NCBI GenBank assembly: GCA_963713865.1
Contig: OY970208.1
Span: 2,272,001-2,336,000 of the forward strand
Reading direction: 5' to 3'
Source: an uncultured candidate division Zixibacteria bacterium
GTDB taxonomy: Bacteria > Zixibacteria > MSB-5A5 > RBG-16-43-9
Length of the DNA stretch: 64,000 nt
The notes under the pieces were generated by a model. That model ran no database searches and was not told where the DNA came from. It was given only the letters and a program-made list of their open reading frames with translations. Positions 39,049-49,879 of this stretch are shown here, piece after piece; position 1 is the stretch's first letter; each line of letters opens with the position of its first letter. The translations under genes were made by a program, and so were the position numbers.

Positions 39049-41493
39049 CTATTTCTCCCCGACTGAGTATTCTCTCCACTTTTGAGCAAATTCCCTTAGC
39101 TTTTTATCTACCAGATAATTTACACTTCCCTCTTCAAAAGCTCCATTCTCTCTTTTTTCCCCGGCTTTTACCCCGGTAAGAATTTCAATCCCCTGATCTA
39201 TTGTCTTGATGGAATAGATACGGAATTTCCCCTCTTTCACCGCTTCGACCACATCTTGACGCAACATCAGATCCTCCACATTCTGGTGAGGTATAATTAC
39301 ACCTTGAGTTCCGGTGAAGTTTTTAGATTTACATACATCAAAAAAACCCTCGATTTTCTGATTAACCCCGCCGATTGGCTGTATTTCGCCTTTCTGATTC
39401 ACTGAGCCGGTAACAGCTACATCCTGTCTTATAGGTAGTTCAGAGAGACTTGATAGAATCCCATAAATCTCTGTAGAAGAAGCGGAATCCCCGTCCACAC
39501 CAGAATAAGACTGCTCAAAGCAGATGCTGGCATTCACTACCAGGGGTTTATCCTGAGCATATCTCCCTTGTAAAAATCCGCTTAAAATCAATACCCCTTT
39601 GTTATGAGTGCGTCCGGAAAGCTCTGCTTCTCTTTCTATATTTATCACCCCGCTTCGGCCTACAGAGGTACGGGCTGTGATCCGGGTGGGTTTGCCGAAC
39701 ATATATTGCCCTAAATCGTAGATTGAAAGACCATTCACCTGTCCGAGCACTTTACCCTCGGTATCGACCATTATGATCCCCTCATCTATCATCTCCTGGA
39801 TTTTATCTTCAGGCAGGTTCACCCTTTTTTTCCATTCATCATTCGCCTTCTCCACGTGTTTACCTGAAACCCTTTTGGATTTCTCAGTGCATGTCCAGTA
39901 GTTAGCCTCCCTGATCAGGTCTGCCACCACATTGAATCTGGTGGACAGCTTGTTCTGCCTGCCAGCCAATCTGACCCCGAATTCCACTACTGCAGCTATA
40001 GCGCTTTTATCAAATGGCTTGAGCTTCTCATCCTTACAAACTTTGCGAATAAATGTAGCATATTCCCAGATAGTATCATCTTTCTTAGGCATTACCAGAT
40101 CAAAATCTGCTTTTACCTTGAAGATCTTCCTGAAATCATCATCCAGCCCATAAAGGGTCTGATAGATATATGGATCACCAATCATCACTACTTTTACCTC
40201 AGATTCAATCGCCTCTGGCTTTAAGGCTGAAACTGAGAAAAAATAGAACGGGTCATAAGTCTGAATCTCGACTATCCCGTTCCGCAGAGTTCTCTTCAAG
40301 GCTTGCCAGACCCCAGGTTCGACTAAAGCATCTATGGCGTTCAAAACTAAATATCCTCCATTAGCTCTCAAAAAAGAGCCAACTTTTATCTTGGTGAAAT
40401 CGGTCCTGCCAGCACCTGTACGGTCAAAACTCCTTTCGATTGTTCCGAAAAGGTTTCTATAGGTTGGGTTGGTCTCAATTATAATCGGAGCTCCTTTGAT
40501 CTCACTGTTATCCACTATTACATTCACCTCGTATTCCCTGAACGGCTCCTCAGGTTTTAAAGTAGGTAAGCCGGGAATGGCACCTTCAGATGGTTCCTCT
40601 TTTTTATCTCTGAATTTTTGATATTCGGCTAAAATATCCTCCTGAACCTCATTTAGGTATTCATCTATCTTTTTATTCCCTTCATACTTGGTCTTGATCT
40701 CTTGAATATGTTCTTTCACCATCGGAGAGATCACTTCCTTATCCAGGTTAGATAGAGCCTGGTCTAACTCCTTAGCCTTGACTCTTGTTTCTCGAAATAC
40801 CTTTTCCATCTCCTCGCTTAATTGAGAATATCTTTCTCTTAAAGAATTCACGTTTTCCTGTGGAAATTTCCCATCATCTGCAAGCTCTTCTAATTTCCCA
40901 ATAGCTATAGGTTTGTTCTCTATTAATGGCTCTAAATCTGGCTTGATAAAAGGGCCCAACTGAACCTGAACCAAAGCAAATCCTTCTTTAGTTACCTTTT
41001 TCTCAAAATCGCTGATCATCTTTTTCTGGCTTAACTGATAAGAGTTAACCAGCTCTTTCTTGCGACGTTGATAAACCTCGCTCTCGAAGACCTCCGGTAT
41101 CCCTCTGGCTAAAGCTGTGACCAGACCTTCCATATCTTTTTTGAAAGCAACACCTTTACCGGCTGGAAGGCTTATCACCTTAGGCATATCTGGATTCTTA
41201 AAATTATTTACGTAGCATTTATCATCCGGAGTTTTTTCCACCTTTTCCAGTTTTTCTAAAAGATGCTTGATAGTCGTAGTCCTGCCAGTTCCCACCAATC
41301 CGGTAACGAAGATATTATATCCCACGCTTTTTATCTCTAACCCCAATCCTATAGCCCGAATAGCTCTATCCTGTCCGATAATCCCCTCGCAGGCTTCCAC
41401 GTCATCGGTTGAGTTCAATTTCAAACTTGCCGGGTTGCATATCCATCTGAGTTTCTCCACTGGAACTTCTTCAAACTTTAATTCCTCAAACAT
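39049..41493 (-). CDS. Lon-family ATP-dependent protease (LonB/LonC-like)
   Basis: IIGQDRA, GLVGTGRTT, ANGGYL, GQVNGL, VDGDSAS (catalytic Ser), IGGVNQKIEGF (catalytic Lys). Confidence 0.92.
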   Translation of the reverse strand: MFEELKFEEVPVEKLRWICNPASLKLNSTDDVEACEGIIGQDRAIRAIGLGLEIKSVGYNIFVTGLVGTGRTTTIKHLLEKLEKVEKTPDDKCYVNNFKNPDMPKVISLPAGKGVAFKKDMEGLVTALARGIPEVFESEVYQRRKKELVNSYQLSQKKMISDFEKKVTKEGFALVQVQLGPFIKPDLEPLIENKPIAIGKLEELADDGKFPQENVNSLRERYSQLSEEMEKVFRETRVKAKELDQALSNLDKEVISPMVKEHIQEIKTKYEGNKKIDEYLNEVQEDILAEYQKFRDKKEEPSEGAIPGLPTLKPEEPFREYEVNVIVDNSEIKGAPIIIETNPTYRNLFGTIERSFDRTGAGRTDFTKIKVGSFLRANGGYLVLNAIDALVEPGVWQALKRTLRNGIVEIQTYDPFYFFSVSALKPEAIESEVKVVMIGDPYIYQTLYGLDDDFRKIFKVKADFDLVMPKKDDTIWEYATFIRKVCKDEKLKPFDKSAIAAVVEFGVRLAGRQNKLSTRFNVVADLIREANYWTCTEKSKRVSGKHVEKANDEWKKRVNLPEDKIQEMIDEGIIMVDTEGKVLGQVNGLSIYDLGQYMFGKPTRITARTSVGRSGVINIEREAELSGRTHNKGVLILSGFLQGRYAQDKPLVVNASICFEQSYSGVDGDSASSTEIYGILSSLSELPIRQDVAVTGSVNQKGEIQPIGGVNQKIEGFFDVCKSKNFTGTQGVIIPHQNVEDLMLRQDVVEAVKEGKFRIYSIKTIDQGIEILTGVKAGEKRENGAFEEGSVNYLVDKKLREFAQKWREYSVGEK

Positions 41494-42187
41494 AACTCCT
41501 CCTGCATATTTCTAATTTTATATAAAATTTATCTCCTCTTCTGAACTTAAGATAGCAACTTACAATAAGCTGAGTCAAGAATAAAATTAAAATGCAACGT
41601 CCGATTATGGATAACGAATGACGGATGAGAGAAAGGAAAGTTCGTCGGGCAATCCTTCAGGATTGCTTATACCCTCAAGAAACATTGAGACGTATCGCAT
41701 GCGTCTCTGCGATATGGTAGCCGCAGACTTCAGTCTGCGTTTTATGATTATTTCATTTCTCCACATCCGTAGCGTTGCCACTCCTGTCATATCCCACAGG
41801 TCCCTTTCGGAACGAATCTGTTTCTAGGATGGCAACGAATTAACGTCGTCATAGACGTCCTCACAGAAGTAGGGACGCTATCGTTTGAAAGTAATCCTGA
41901 TCTACTGATAGCGGGATAAGTTGGGTTTCGCAACGATAAAAAGATAGGGCGGACACGCGGTTCGACAAGCTCACCGTCCTGAGCAAAGTCAAAGGACAGG
42001 TCCGCCCCTACCCTTAAAAGGACAACTCTACCTCTGAAGAGATCATACCTGTTTAATCGTCTCACCTCTTACGTCTCACATCTTCCGTTTTCAATATTCT
42101 TTCAATCTATCCATCTGGTTCCCTGATCACACATATAAACTTCTTTAAAACTTGACTTTAGAGTTTATTATTTTTACTTTTAATCCG

Positions 42188-44203
42188 ATGCAGAAAAAAT
42201 ATGAAAAAATAATCACCTGGCTTGCTCCTCCGAAGACCTTTTTGTTCTTTGGTCTCCTTTTCTTTTCAGGAGTGTTGTTCTTAACGCTTTTCCGCCTGGG
42301 TTTTCTTTTAAGGTATCACCATCTTGCCTCCGGAATCCCTTCATCCATATTATTTCAATCTTTTATCATCGGTGCCCGTTTTGATATGGTGGTCTTAAGT
42401 TATCTTCTTATTCCTTTTTTTATTTTAAGCTCCTTTCCTTTCATAAACACCTTTCGATGGAAGCCAGCCCGAAATCTAACCCTCTTTTTAATTTTCTTGG
42501 GTTTAAGTTTCCTTTTTTTACTCTCTTTAGTAGATCTGGAATATTTCAGCGAATTTGGAACTCGTCTGAACCACTGGGCTTTAGAATATTTAGACCGTCC
42601 TGATTTTGTTTTTTACTCTATCTGGTCAAGTTATCCGGTCATTCCCTATCTTATCCTCTGGGCGTTCATCTGCTTCGTCTTCATATTTTTTATGCTGAAA
42701 CTCAGTCGAAAAATTTTAAAAAAAAGCAGTAATCGATTTCCCCCGAACGAGATCTTTTACTTTATCTTGGCTCTTTTTCTATTATTTTTCTCTGCCAGGG
42801 GACGCTTGAAACTTGCTCCCATAGACTGGGGCCTGGCTTATTTCTCGAAATACGATTTTGCCAATCAGTTAGCCTTGAATGGCATTCACACTCTGGGAAA
42901 AACAATGTTGGACGAGCATAAGGAGTCGAGTCCAGAATATTTATCTGAATTTCATTTCTTTGATGATAAGGAAGCCTTAACCTCAGTCCAGAAACTACTG
43001 ACGGGAAGAAACGAAAAACTCGAGGATTCTTTACATTCCATCCGCCGTTATATTATTTCCGAATCAGATAAACTGGAAAACCACAATATCGTTATCGTCC
43101 TTCTGGAAAGCTGGTTGGCAGAATTCGTAGGCTCCTTGGGTAGTAAATTAAACCTGACCCCACATTTTGACAGCTTAGTCCAGAATGGAATCTTATTTGA
43201 AAACTTCTTTGCCACGGGAACCCGCACCAATCGAGGATTGGTTTCGGTTTTGTGCTCCTTTCCATCTCAGCCCGGTGGTACCTTAATGAAGAAGTTTAAT
43301 CATAATCAGCCTTTTGTTTCTTTATCTCGAATTTTAAAAGAGAGAGAATATAATACGCTTTTTATCTATGGTGGCGATTTGCAGTTTGACAATATGAAAG
43401 GATTTTTCAGTCAGCAGGGTTTTGATCTTTTCGCCGGACAGGAGGATTTTCCTAAAAAAGAATTTACCAACAAATGGGGCGTTCCAAACGATATCGTTTT
43501 CAGCCGGGCAGTAGAGGAGTTTTCCAGAATTGGAGATCACCCCTTCTTAGGGGTGATAGTTACCTTAAGTAATCACGAGCCTTTTACTTTGCCCAGGAAT
43601 GTAACCAAGCCCTATCCTTCTGATTACCCCAATAGCGAATATCTAAACGCTTTTCATTATTCGGATTGGGCTTTAGGCAAGTTTTTCCATCAGGCAGAAA
43701 AAGAGGCTTTTTTTAAAAATACCATTTTCGTTTTGGTAGCAGACCACGGCAGACTTCTTCAGAGCCAGAGCGATCTGCCTTTAGAACGCTTTCATATCGC
43801 CTGTCTTATCTATTCCCCGGAGATTATAGGGAAAGAACCAAAAAGGATTAAAACAGTAGCCAGCCAAACCGACCTTATACCCACCATCCTTGGACTACTG
43901 GGTAAACCTGCCCTGCATGAATCCTGGGGAAGGGACCTCTTCTCTCTTTCCTCAGAGGATAAAGGATTTGCAATGATGGTGGACGGGAAAAGAATAGGCT
44001 GGGTAGATCCGCCTTATTTCTTAGTTGACCGTATAGGCGCCACCACTTCTCTTTACAACTATATAGATGACCCGGAGCAGAAAAAAGATGTCTCTTCCGA
44101 ACATCCAGGAATAACCAAGGAGCTTGAGAAAAAAGAACGATCTTTTCTTCAGTTGAGCATTCAACAATCAGCTAAGAAAGGGATAAAAATAAAAATGCGA
44201 TGA
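42188..44203 (+). CDS. LTA synthase family / sulfatase-like membrane protein
   Basis: Five N-terminal TM segments; LLESW, GTRT, TLSNHEPF, YSD, VADHG, SQTD. Confidence 0.88.
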   Translation: MQKKYEKIITWLAPPKTFLFFGLLFFSGVLFLTLFRLGFLLRYHHLASGIPSSILFQSFIIGARFDMVVLSYLLIPFFILSSFPFINTFRWKPARNLTLFLIFLGLSFLFLLSLVDLEYFSEFGTRLNHWALEYLDRPDFVFYSIWSSYPVIPYLILWAFICFVFIFFMLKLSRKILKKSSNRFPPNEIFYFILALFLLFFSARGRLKLAPIDWGLAYFSKYDFANQLALNGIHTLGKTMLDEHKESSPEYLSEFHFFDDKEALTSVQKLLTGRNEKLEDSLHSIRRYIISESDKLENHNIVIVLLESWLAEFVGSLGSKLNLTPHFDSLVQNGILFENFFATGTRTNRGLVSVLCSFPSQPGGTLMKKFNHNQPFVSLSRILKEREYNTLFIYGGDLQFDNMKGFFSQQGFDLFAGQEDFPKKEFTNKWGVPNDIVFSRAVEEFSRIGDHPFLGVIVTLSNHEPFTLPRNVTKPYPSDYPNSEYLNAFHYSDWALGKFFHQAEKEAFFKNTIFVLVADHGRLLQSQSDLPLERFHIACLIYSPEIIGKEPKRIKTVASQTDLIPTILGLLGKPALHESWGRDLFSLSSEDKGFAMMVDGKRIGWVDPPYFLVDRIGATTSLYNYIDDPEQKKDVSSEHPGITKELEKKERSFLQLSIQQSAKKGIKIKMR

Positions 44204-44345
44204 AAATCGTAGGGGTGGGTTTTAAACCCACCCCTTACACATTCGTTCTCTACTGTTTCGGGAACAGTCTCAATATCCCCTGCGGGGAGAATCCCCGAAG
44301 ATAATCAACATCGGCATTTCCTAATGCCTATGCATCAAAGTAAAA

Positions 44346-45602
44346 TCAAAACTTTTCTTTTTCCTTTTCTTGCTCTAACTCAAATTCTTTGTCTGCCCTT
44401 TTTACCTTCAGGTAAAGAATTATAGAGACAAACAAGATAAAAATCCAGACTATCCCCAATCCTACTTTCCTCATTCTCAGTGATTTAAAATATTTATTCA
44501 CTGAAGAAGTTATCTCCCCAGCAACACTTCTTGCATTGTTGGTAATCTTTTCTATTTCTGAGAGATTTAGAGTATGAGTTACCGGCAATACCTGTAGCAT
44601 ATCGGTATAAGCCTGCTCTAACTGGTTCTCATATCCGGAGACATCCTGCCCCTTGACTTTGGCTTTCGCTATTAACTCTTTAGCCTTATCTATCTGCTCC
44701 TTTGCTTCTAAGATCAGGGTCTTTATCTGCTGTCCTCTTTTGTAAGCCCCGGAGTTGGGGTCGTGGCAGTTAGAACAGACCTGATCAAACATGGTTATCT
44801 CTGGATATCGGATTGAATGATTCCCATGACAGGAGGTGCACTGGGACATCTTCTTTTTCTGCATAGCTTCAAAATGAGGGCTTTTAGCAAAATAGGTCTC
44901 CGCATTTATGTGACATTTCCCACAAACATTCCCCACCTCTGTAACTCCTGGAGGGACTGCACCGTGGTTTCCATGACAACCTGCGCAGGTGGGAGCTGAA
45001 CGGTCATTTTTTTCTAAAAGAGCTTTACCGTGAACACTCGAAACATATTCCTCTAAGATATTATAAGGCAGACGATATCGCTCCATAAGTTTTTTATCAG
45101 AATGGCAAGCTGCACAGGTTTGAGGCAGGTTTGTAGGAAAGACCTTATTCAGAGGGTCTTTGACCGCGGTGATAGTATGACTGCCGTGACAGTCCACACA
45201 ACCAGCTACATTCGCATCGTTTCTTTCCAAAAGAGCTATTCCGTGTTCGCTGGTCCGGTAATACTCTAACTGGTCAGTAAGTATGCCGTATTGCCTCATC
45301 CTCTTTTTATCTGCATGGCAATTTCCGCATAATAAGACCAACTCTTTTTTAGAAGGCTTACCTTTAAAACCTGCCTTAGAGGACATAGAGACTTCTGGGT
45401 CCAGGCTGGTTGGATCTCCGCCATGACAGTCAGCACAAAAGATATCTTTTTCTGAATGGATACTTTTCAGATATTCCACCTTCTTCTCCCCGTGACAGAC
45501 CATACAGGAATATGACTCTAAATCTATTGACCAGCCCGAATGGGTAAAGAGAAAAAGGACTACTGTGCTCAAGCAGATTTTTTTTAAGGTTTTAATTCTC
45601 AC
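44346..45602 (-). CDS. Nonaheme cytochrome c with C-terminal membrane anchor
   Basis: Signal peptide; nine CxxCH motifs (CMVCH, CADCH, CGNCH, CVDCH, CAACH, CAGCH, CGKCH, CTSCH, CSNCH); helical stalk and C-terminal TM. Confidence 0.9.
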   Translation of the reverse strand: MRIKTLKKICLSTVVLFLFTHSGWSIDLESYSCMVCHGEKKVEYLKSIHSEKDIFCADCHGGDPTSLDPEVSMSSKAGFKGKPSKKELVLLCGNCHADKKRMRQYGILTDQLEYYRTSEHGIALLERNDANVAGCVDCHGSHTITAVKDPLNKVFPTNLPQTCAACHSDKKLMERYRLPYNILEEYVSSVHGKALLEKNDRSAPTCAGCHGNHGAVPPGVTEVGNVCGKCHINAETYFAKSPHFEAMQKKKMSQCTSCHGNHSIRYPEITMFDQVCSNCHDPNSGAYKRGQQIKTLILEAKEQIDKAKELIAKAKVKGQDVSGYENQLEQAYTDMLQVLPVTHTLNLSEIEKITNNARSVAGEITSSVNKYFKSLRMRKVGLGIVWIFILFVSIILYLKVKRADKEFELEQEKEKEKF

Positions 45603-46093
45603 TTGTTCTTTGTCTCCTCAATTTCGTGAGGTGCCCCTTTCAAATCGAAATGATATTTCTTTCCTAAAATAGTTCGAGTTGACTCAGACAGAAAGCCTAA
45701 CAAGGAAAAGAGAAGAGCTATGATTATTACCGCTATCCCGATAGAGGTGGCAAATTTTCTCTTAGAAGGATAACGCTCCGGACTCCGATCTAAAAACGGC
45801 ACTAAGAAAAGGATGACTAACAGAACTCCTATTCCCAGAATGCCTAAAACCTTGGGCACGAATTTCAAAAATTGATACCCTGCCAGGAAATACCATTCCG
45901 GCTTGATCCCTTCAGGAGTCTGAAAAGGATTTGCCTTCTCGTGAAAGGGGAAGGGGGAAAATACGGCTAAAGTGAGGACAACCCCGAAAAGCAGAAAAGC
46001 CACGATGACTTCTTTCAGAAAATGGTTAGGGTAAAAAGGCTTCCCCTCTTCAATTTCTTCTTCTATGTTTTTCTTCTTCAGCTCCTCTTCCAT
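45599..46093 (-). CDS. Cytochrome b/b6 subunit IV (C-terminal half)
   Basis: PFYPNH, IKPEWYF, PFLDR; three TM helices. Confidence 0.92.
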   Translation of the reverse strand: MEEELKKKNIEEEIEEGKPFYPNHFLKEVIVAFLLFGVVLTLAVFSPFPFHEKANPFQTPEGIKPEWYFLAGYQFLKFVPKVLGILGIGVLLVILFLVPFLDRSPERYPSKRKFATSIGIAVIIIALLFSLLGFLSESTRTILGKKYHFDLKGAPHEIEETKNK

Positions 46094-46253
46094 TTCTCAT
46101 CTTCCATCTTACTTCTATACATTGAAGTGTAAACCTTTAGGTTTACTTGTTTTTTTAAACGTAAAGCTCAAGTCTCAAAACTTGAAGCTTTACACTCCAG
46201 TCTTTTTTACTTTCTCTTCCTTCTTACATCTCACTTCTCACCTTTTATTTTTT

Positions 46254-46997
46254 TTACAGCGGTTTTGCGACTCCCTGTCTTTTGACCATCGCGAAATGAA
46301 CTGCTAAAAACATTGCTGTTATCCAAGGAAGGATAAGGACATGCACAGAATAAAATCTGGTTAAGGTATCACCGGTTACATTCAAACTACCTCTTAAAAG
46401 AATTAAAAGATAACTGCCTATAAAAGGAACCCCTCCTGCCACCTCCGTCCCTACTGTTGTTCCCCAGTAAGACCTCTGGTCCCAGGGAAGAAGATAACCG
46501 GTAAATCCAAAACCAAAAGTTAAAATAAGTAAAACCACACCCACCATCCAGTTCAATTCCCTGGGATTTTTAAAAGCTCCTTGAAAATATACTCTTCCCA
46601 TATGGATTAAAACGGTAATCATCATCAGATTTGCACCCCAGGCATGAATCTCCCTGATAAGCCAGCCCAGGGGAACTGTGTTGGTAATGAATTTTACGCT
46701 ATTGTAAGCATCTGCAGCTGAGGGTTTATAATATATTGCCAAAAGTATACCGGTTATGACCTGAATAACAAACAAGAGAAAGGTCATCCCCCCAAAGCAA
46801 TGCAGAAAACTAAGACCTTTAGGAACCGGCTTCTTGAGAAGTTTTTGTAATCCTTCTTTTACATCCAGCCTCTGGTCTAATTCACCATAGATAATCGGGA
46901 AGACATTTAATAGAACCCCCACCACCTGTCTGAGATTTAACCTCTCCTCAGTCCAGTTTCTTACCTTTTGGCGTATCTTTTTTTTCTTCTCATCCAT
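46254..46997 (-). CDS. Cytochrome b6-type subunit (N-terminal half)
   Basis: CFGG (heme ci Cys), REIHAWGA, IHMGRV, GYLLPWDQ, RFYSVH. Confidence 0.93.
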   Translation of the reverse strand: MDEKKKKIRQKVRNWTEERLNLRQVVGVLLNVFPIIYGELDQRLDVKEGLQKLLKKPVPKGLSFLHCFGGMTFLLFVIQVITGILLAIYYKPSAADAYNSVKFITNTVPLGWLIREIHAWGANLMMITVLIHMGRVYFQGAFKNPRELNWMVGVVLLILTFGFGFTGYLLPWDQRSYWGTTVGTEVAGGVPFIGSYLLILLRGSLNVTGDTLTRFYSVHVLILPWITAMFLAVHFAMVKRQGVAKPL

Positions 46998-46998
46998 C

Positions 46999-47451
46999 TT
47001 AAGCTAATCCTGTAACATAGATTATATCGTTTGCAACTTCTACCTTATATAATGGCAAGGGTTTGGGCGCAGGGCCGGAATCACATTCCCCTTATAATCG
47101 AAAAATGCGGCATGGCAGGGGCATTTTAAGGTTTGGGGACCCTCTTCCCATTCTACCATACAGCCTAAGTGGGTACATTTCATATCCACCGCAAAAAGAC
47201 CTGCCTGAACATGCATCACCATAACGTTTTTACCCTGATAGACCACTGGTTTGGCTTTCCCCACTGGCAAATCAGCTACAGGTGCCACCTCCACCCTCTC
47301 TGCCTTTTCTGCCCCACCCTCTTTCTTAGGTGGATAAACATAAGTCAAAATCGAGCCAAGCACTGCCAGAAAAGATACAACTATTGATCCACCAATCAGA
47401 TAATCCAAAAAAGACCGTTCTGGAGATTTTCTTTTCTTCGTTGTTTGACAT
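46999..47451 (-). CDS. Rieske 2Fe-2S subunit with Tat signal; two frameshifts (+1 near 47418, -1 near 47079)
   Basis: CTHLGC and CPCH; repaired N-terminus MSNNEEKKISRRSFLDY and C-terminus ..GPAPKPLPLYKVEVANDNIYVTGLA*. Confidence 0.88.
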
Positions 47452-47852
47452 AAACTTAAGCTACTTTTTCTCATTAACTTTGTTACTTTTCTCACAAACA
47501 AGACCATTTTAGTAATGATTATATCGAAAAACCAAAAAAAGTCAAGAAAAATATTGAAAAGTTTTTTTAAAGAGATCTTATGTGACAAAATCCGTCTCAG
47601 GTAGATTCTATCATTACTTTTTCCAATCTCCAGAAAAGCAAAACTGAAAACCTCCCCGGATGCTCAAGTGTAGTAAATCCATCAAAAAGTAGCATAGGGG
47701 TGGTCGATAAAAGCCTTACGACGACTACACCGGGCTTAGCTCCCCGTAGGGAGTTTATTGAGCTTTTCGAAACCCGCTTTAGCGGTGTCTCCACCCTCTT
47801 TGAAAAGCAGTAAACTTTCCTACAATCCCACGCAGAGGTTAACTGTTAACCA

Positions 47853-48368
47853 TTAACAGAAAAAGAAATGGATTCTTTTACGAAAAAAGATGTAATCTAA
47901 CAGGTAAACAATCAGCAAAGTCAAGCCGGTTAATAGAAGCAGGTTCATATCTATATTAAGATTTTTCAGACCTTTTTCTGCCAAACCCCATGAAGTAATG
48001 ATGAGATTAATTTGCGGCTGGATAATGGCGGTTATTTTCTGGCTGATATGTTTCCAGCCCATAAAATACAGGGGAATAAAAATCCCGGCTGCCAGTCCTA
48101 AAATCACCAGAAAGACTTCGGTGTAATTCAAACCAGATTTGGATGCCGGCACCGGGGAAAGTTTTGAAAAAACCTTTTCAGTAAAATCGGGACACAGCTC
48201 AAAACCCTTATCCGTTTTTAAGCCGGCATATAATCTTTTATACCCCTCCAAAGCTTTTTGACAGAGTTGACAGGTCCTGAGATGCTCTTCCACAAACCTA
48301 TACCCGGAGCCAGGAATATCATCCAGATAATCCTGAATCTCTTCCTCTGTCAGATGTCTTAATTCCAT
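47853..48368 (-). CDS. Zinc-finger (HxxxCxxC) membrane anti-sigma factor
   Basis: HL..EEIQDYLD, HLRTCQLC, two TM helices; overlaps the sigma gene stop. Confidence 0.85.
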   Translation of the reverse strand: MELRHLTEEEIQDYLDDIPGSGYRFVEEHLRTCQLCQKALEGYKRLYAGLKTDKGFELCPDFTEKVFSKLSPVPASKSGLNYTEVFLVILGLAAGIFIPLYFMGWKHISQKITAIIQPQINLIITSWGLAEKGLKNLNIDMNLLLLTGLTLLIVYLLDYIFFRKRIHFFFC

Positions 48369-48931
48369 AAACCCTCCTTCTGATATTTTCTTATCAATTT
48401 CCCCTTTAAAAGTCTTCTTGCCCGAAAAAGGTAGCTTTTCACTGTTCCCTCCGGCAGCTGCATAACCTTTGATATCTCAGCATAACTCATCTCCTCCAGA
48501 TGGTATAGGGTTAGAATAGTCCGGAAGTGAACCGGCAATTTTTCGATCTCTTTTTGCAGAAGGTAAAATATCTCGAACCTTTCAACAGATTCATCCGGAG
48601 GGAAATCACCTGCCATAAGATTCTTCTGAGCTGTGTTCTCCAGTGTAATGGTATTATAGAGATTCTTCTTGTCCTTCCCGAGGAAATCGAGACAGGCATT
48701 ATAAGCGATTTTGGCAATCCAAGAGGAAAGTTTGGCTCCAAAATGAAAGCTGGATAAATTAGTGTAAACCTTAATGAAGATCTCCTGACAGAGGTCCTCC
48801 CGGTCTTTCTGATTAAAAACCATTCTAAAAACTATATGACTGACCAGCCGCTGGTGCTCTTCGATAATGCTCCGGAAAGCATTCCGGTCTCCAGACAATA
48901 TTCTATTGATAAGAGACCTGGTATCTGACAT
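48359..48931 (-). CDS. ECF RNA polymerase sigma factor (SigW/RpoE-like)
   Basis: GDRNAF, EDLCQEIFIK, SSWIAKIAYN, MSYAEIS..PEGTVKSYLFRAR. Confidence 0.95.
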   Translation of the reverse strand: MSDTRSLINRILSGDRNAFRSIIEEHQRLVSHIVFRMVFNQKDREDLCQEIFIKVYTNLSSFHFGAKLSSWIAKIAYNACLDFLGKDKKNLYNTITLENTAQKNLMAGDFPPDESVERFEIFYLLQKEIEKLPVHFRTILTLYHLEEMSYAEISKVMQLPEGTVKSYLFRARRLLKGKLIRKYQKEGLWN

Positions 48932-48950
48932 TATCTTCTTCCTGATATAA

Positions 48951-48978
48951 TAGACCGCTTAAAGAAAGAAAAGTTGCA
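48951..48978 (-). promoter_or_regulatory. ECF-type promoter of the sigma/anti-sigma operon
   Basis: TGCAAC-N17-GTCTA on the minus strand. Confidence 0.75.
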
Positions 48979-48994
48979 TTTTTTAAATCTTTAA

Positions 48995-49022
48995 TGCAAC
49001 ATTTTTTTGCCTGTCCTGTCTA
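48995..49022 (+). promoter_or_regulatory. ECF-type promoter of the divergent membrane-protein gene
   Basis: TGCAAC-N17-GTCTA on the plus strand. Confidence 0.75.
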
Positions 49023-49066
49023 ATTTAATGTAAAGATGAACCAGAACCTAAAGGAAAGGAGTAAAT

Positions 49067-49444
49067 ATGGAAAAACTCGTGGATGCTGTAGGCTTAATAG
49101 GGTTCTTTGTAGCAACAGCTTTTATCGTAAGAATCATATTTGACTACAAAATCAGAGCAAAACTAATTGAAAAAGGGATGGTAGATGAGAATATCAAATA
49201 CCTCTATGCCCAAAGACCAGAAACTCAGACCCTCTCCTCTTTGAAATGGGGAATAATTTTAATTGCGGTGGGAGTACCGGTTTTCATCGGTCGGGTGGTT
49301 TTGATCCAGATGGTTCCGCCAGACTCAGCCGATGCGATTACTATTGGCGGAATGCTTGTTTGTTCTGGCCTGGGACTGTGCCTCTATTATTTAATCGCCA
49401 GCCGCAAGATGCGGAAGATTAAGGAAAATGGCACTGAACCCTAA
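49067..49444 (+). CDS. Small membrane protein (DUF6249-like)
   Basis: Three TM helices; RAKLIEKG, SLKWG motifs; RBS AGGAG. Confidence 0.75.
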   Translation: MEKLVDAVGLIGFFVATAFIVRIIFDYKIRAKLIEKGMVDENIKYLYAQRPETQTLSSLKWGIILIAVGVPVFIGRVVLIQMVPPDSADAITIGGMLVCSGLGLCLYYLIASRKMRKIKENGTEP

Positions 49445-49879
49445 AAATTTTCATCAGGTATAAAGCACTGCTTTACAGTCTTATTTCTCCTTGGAAAGGA
49501 GAGGGAAAATAATTTCCCCTCCTCTTCAAGGAGGGGAAAAAGGGAGGTTTCATTCCTGAGGGAAGGCTCAAGATAAGACGACACGTTGTGTCGCAAGAGG
49601 TTGCAACTGCCTCCTGCGTCCCACAGGCCGTTAGTCAAAGGCTCTTAATGCATCCAGGAAGGCTCGTTTTCTTGAATATCTCATAGTGGCTTATTAGTCT
49701 TAATAAGGAAAATAACGGGCGATAAATGACATGTCGACAAAGACCTACCAGCAATCCAATTTTTAGGTGTTGTCCCGTTTTGTCCTGTGTTTTGGCTCCT
49801 CATTTCAGAAAATTGTTAGAAAGATCCCTATCTCCTAAGTCCTGATATCAGTCCGCCCAGGGTGGAAACTTATGCCGCA

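Noticed and set aside
47070-47085. Second Rieske frameshift as part of the CCAGAC pattern
   Set aside because: It is a single-base deletion in a different context (GTGATTCCGG) and is treated as an ordinary indel error.
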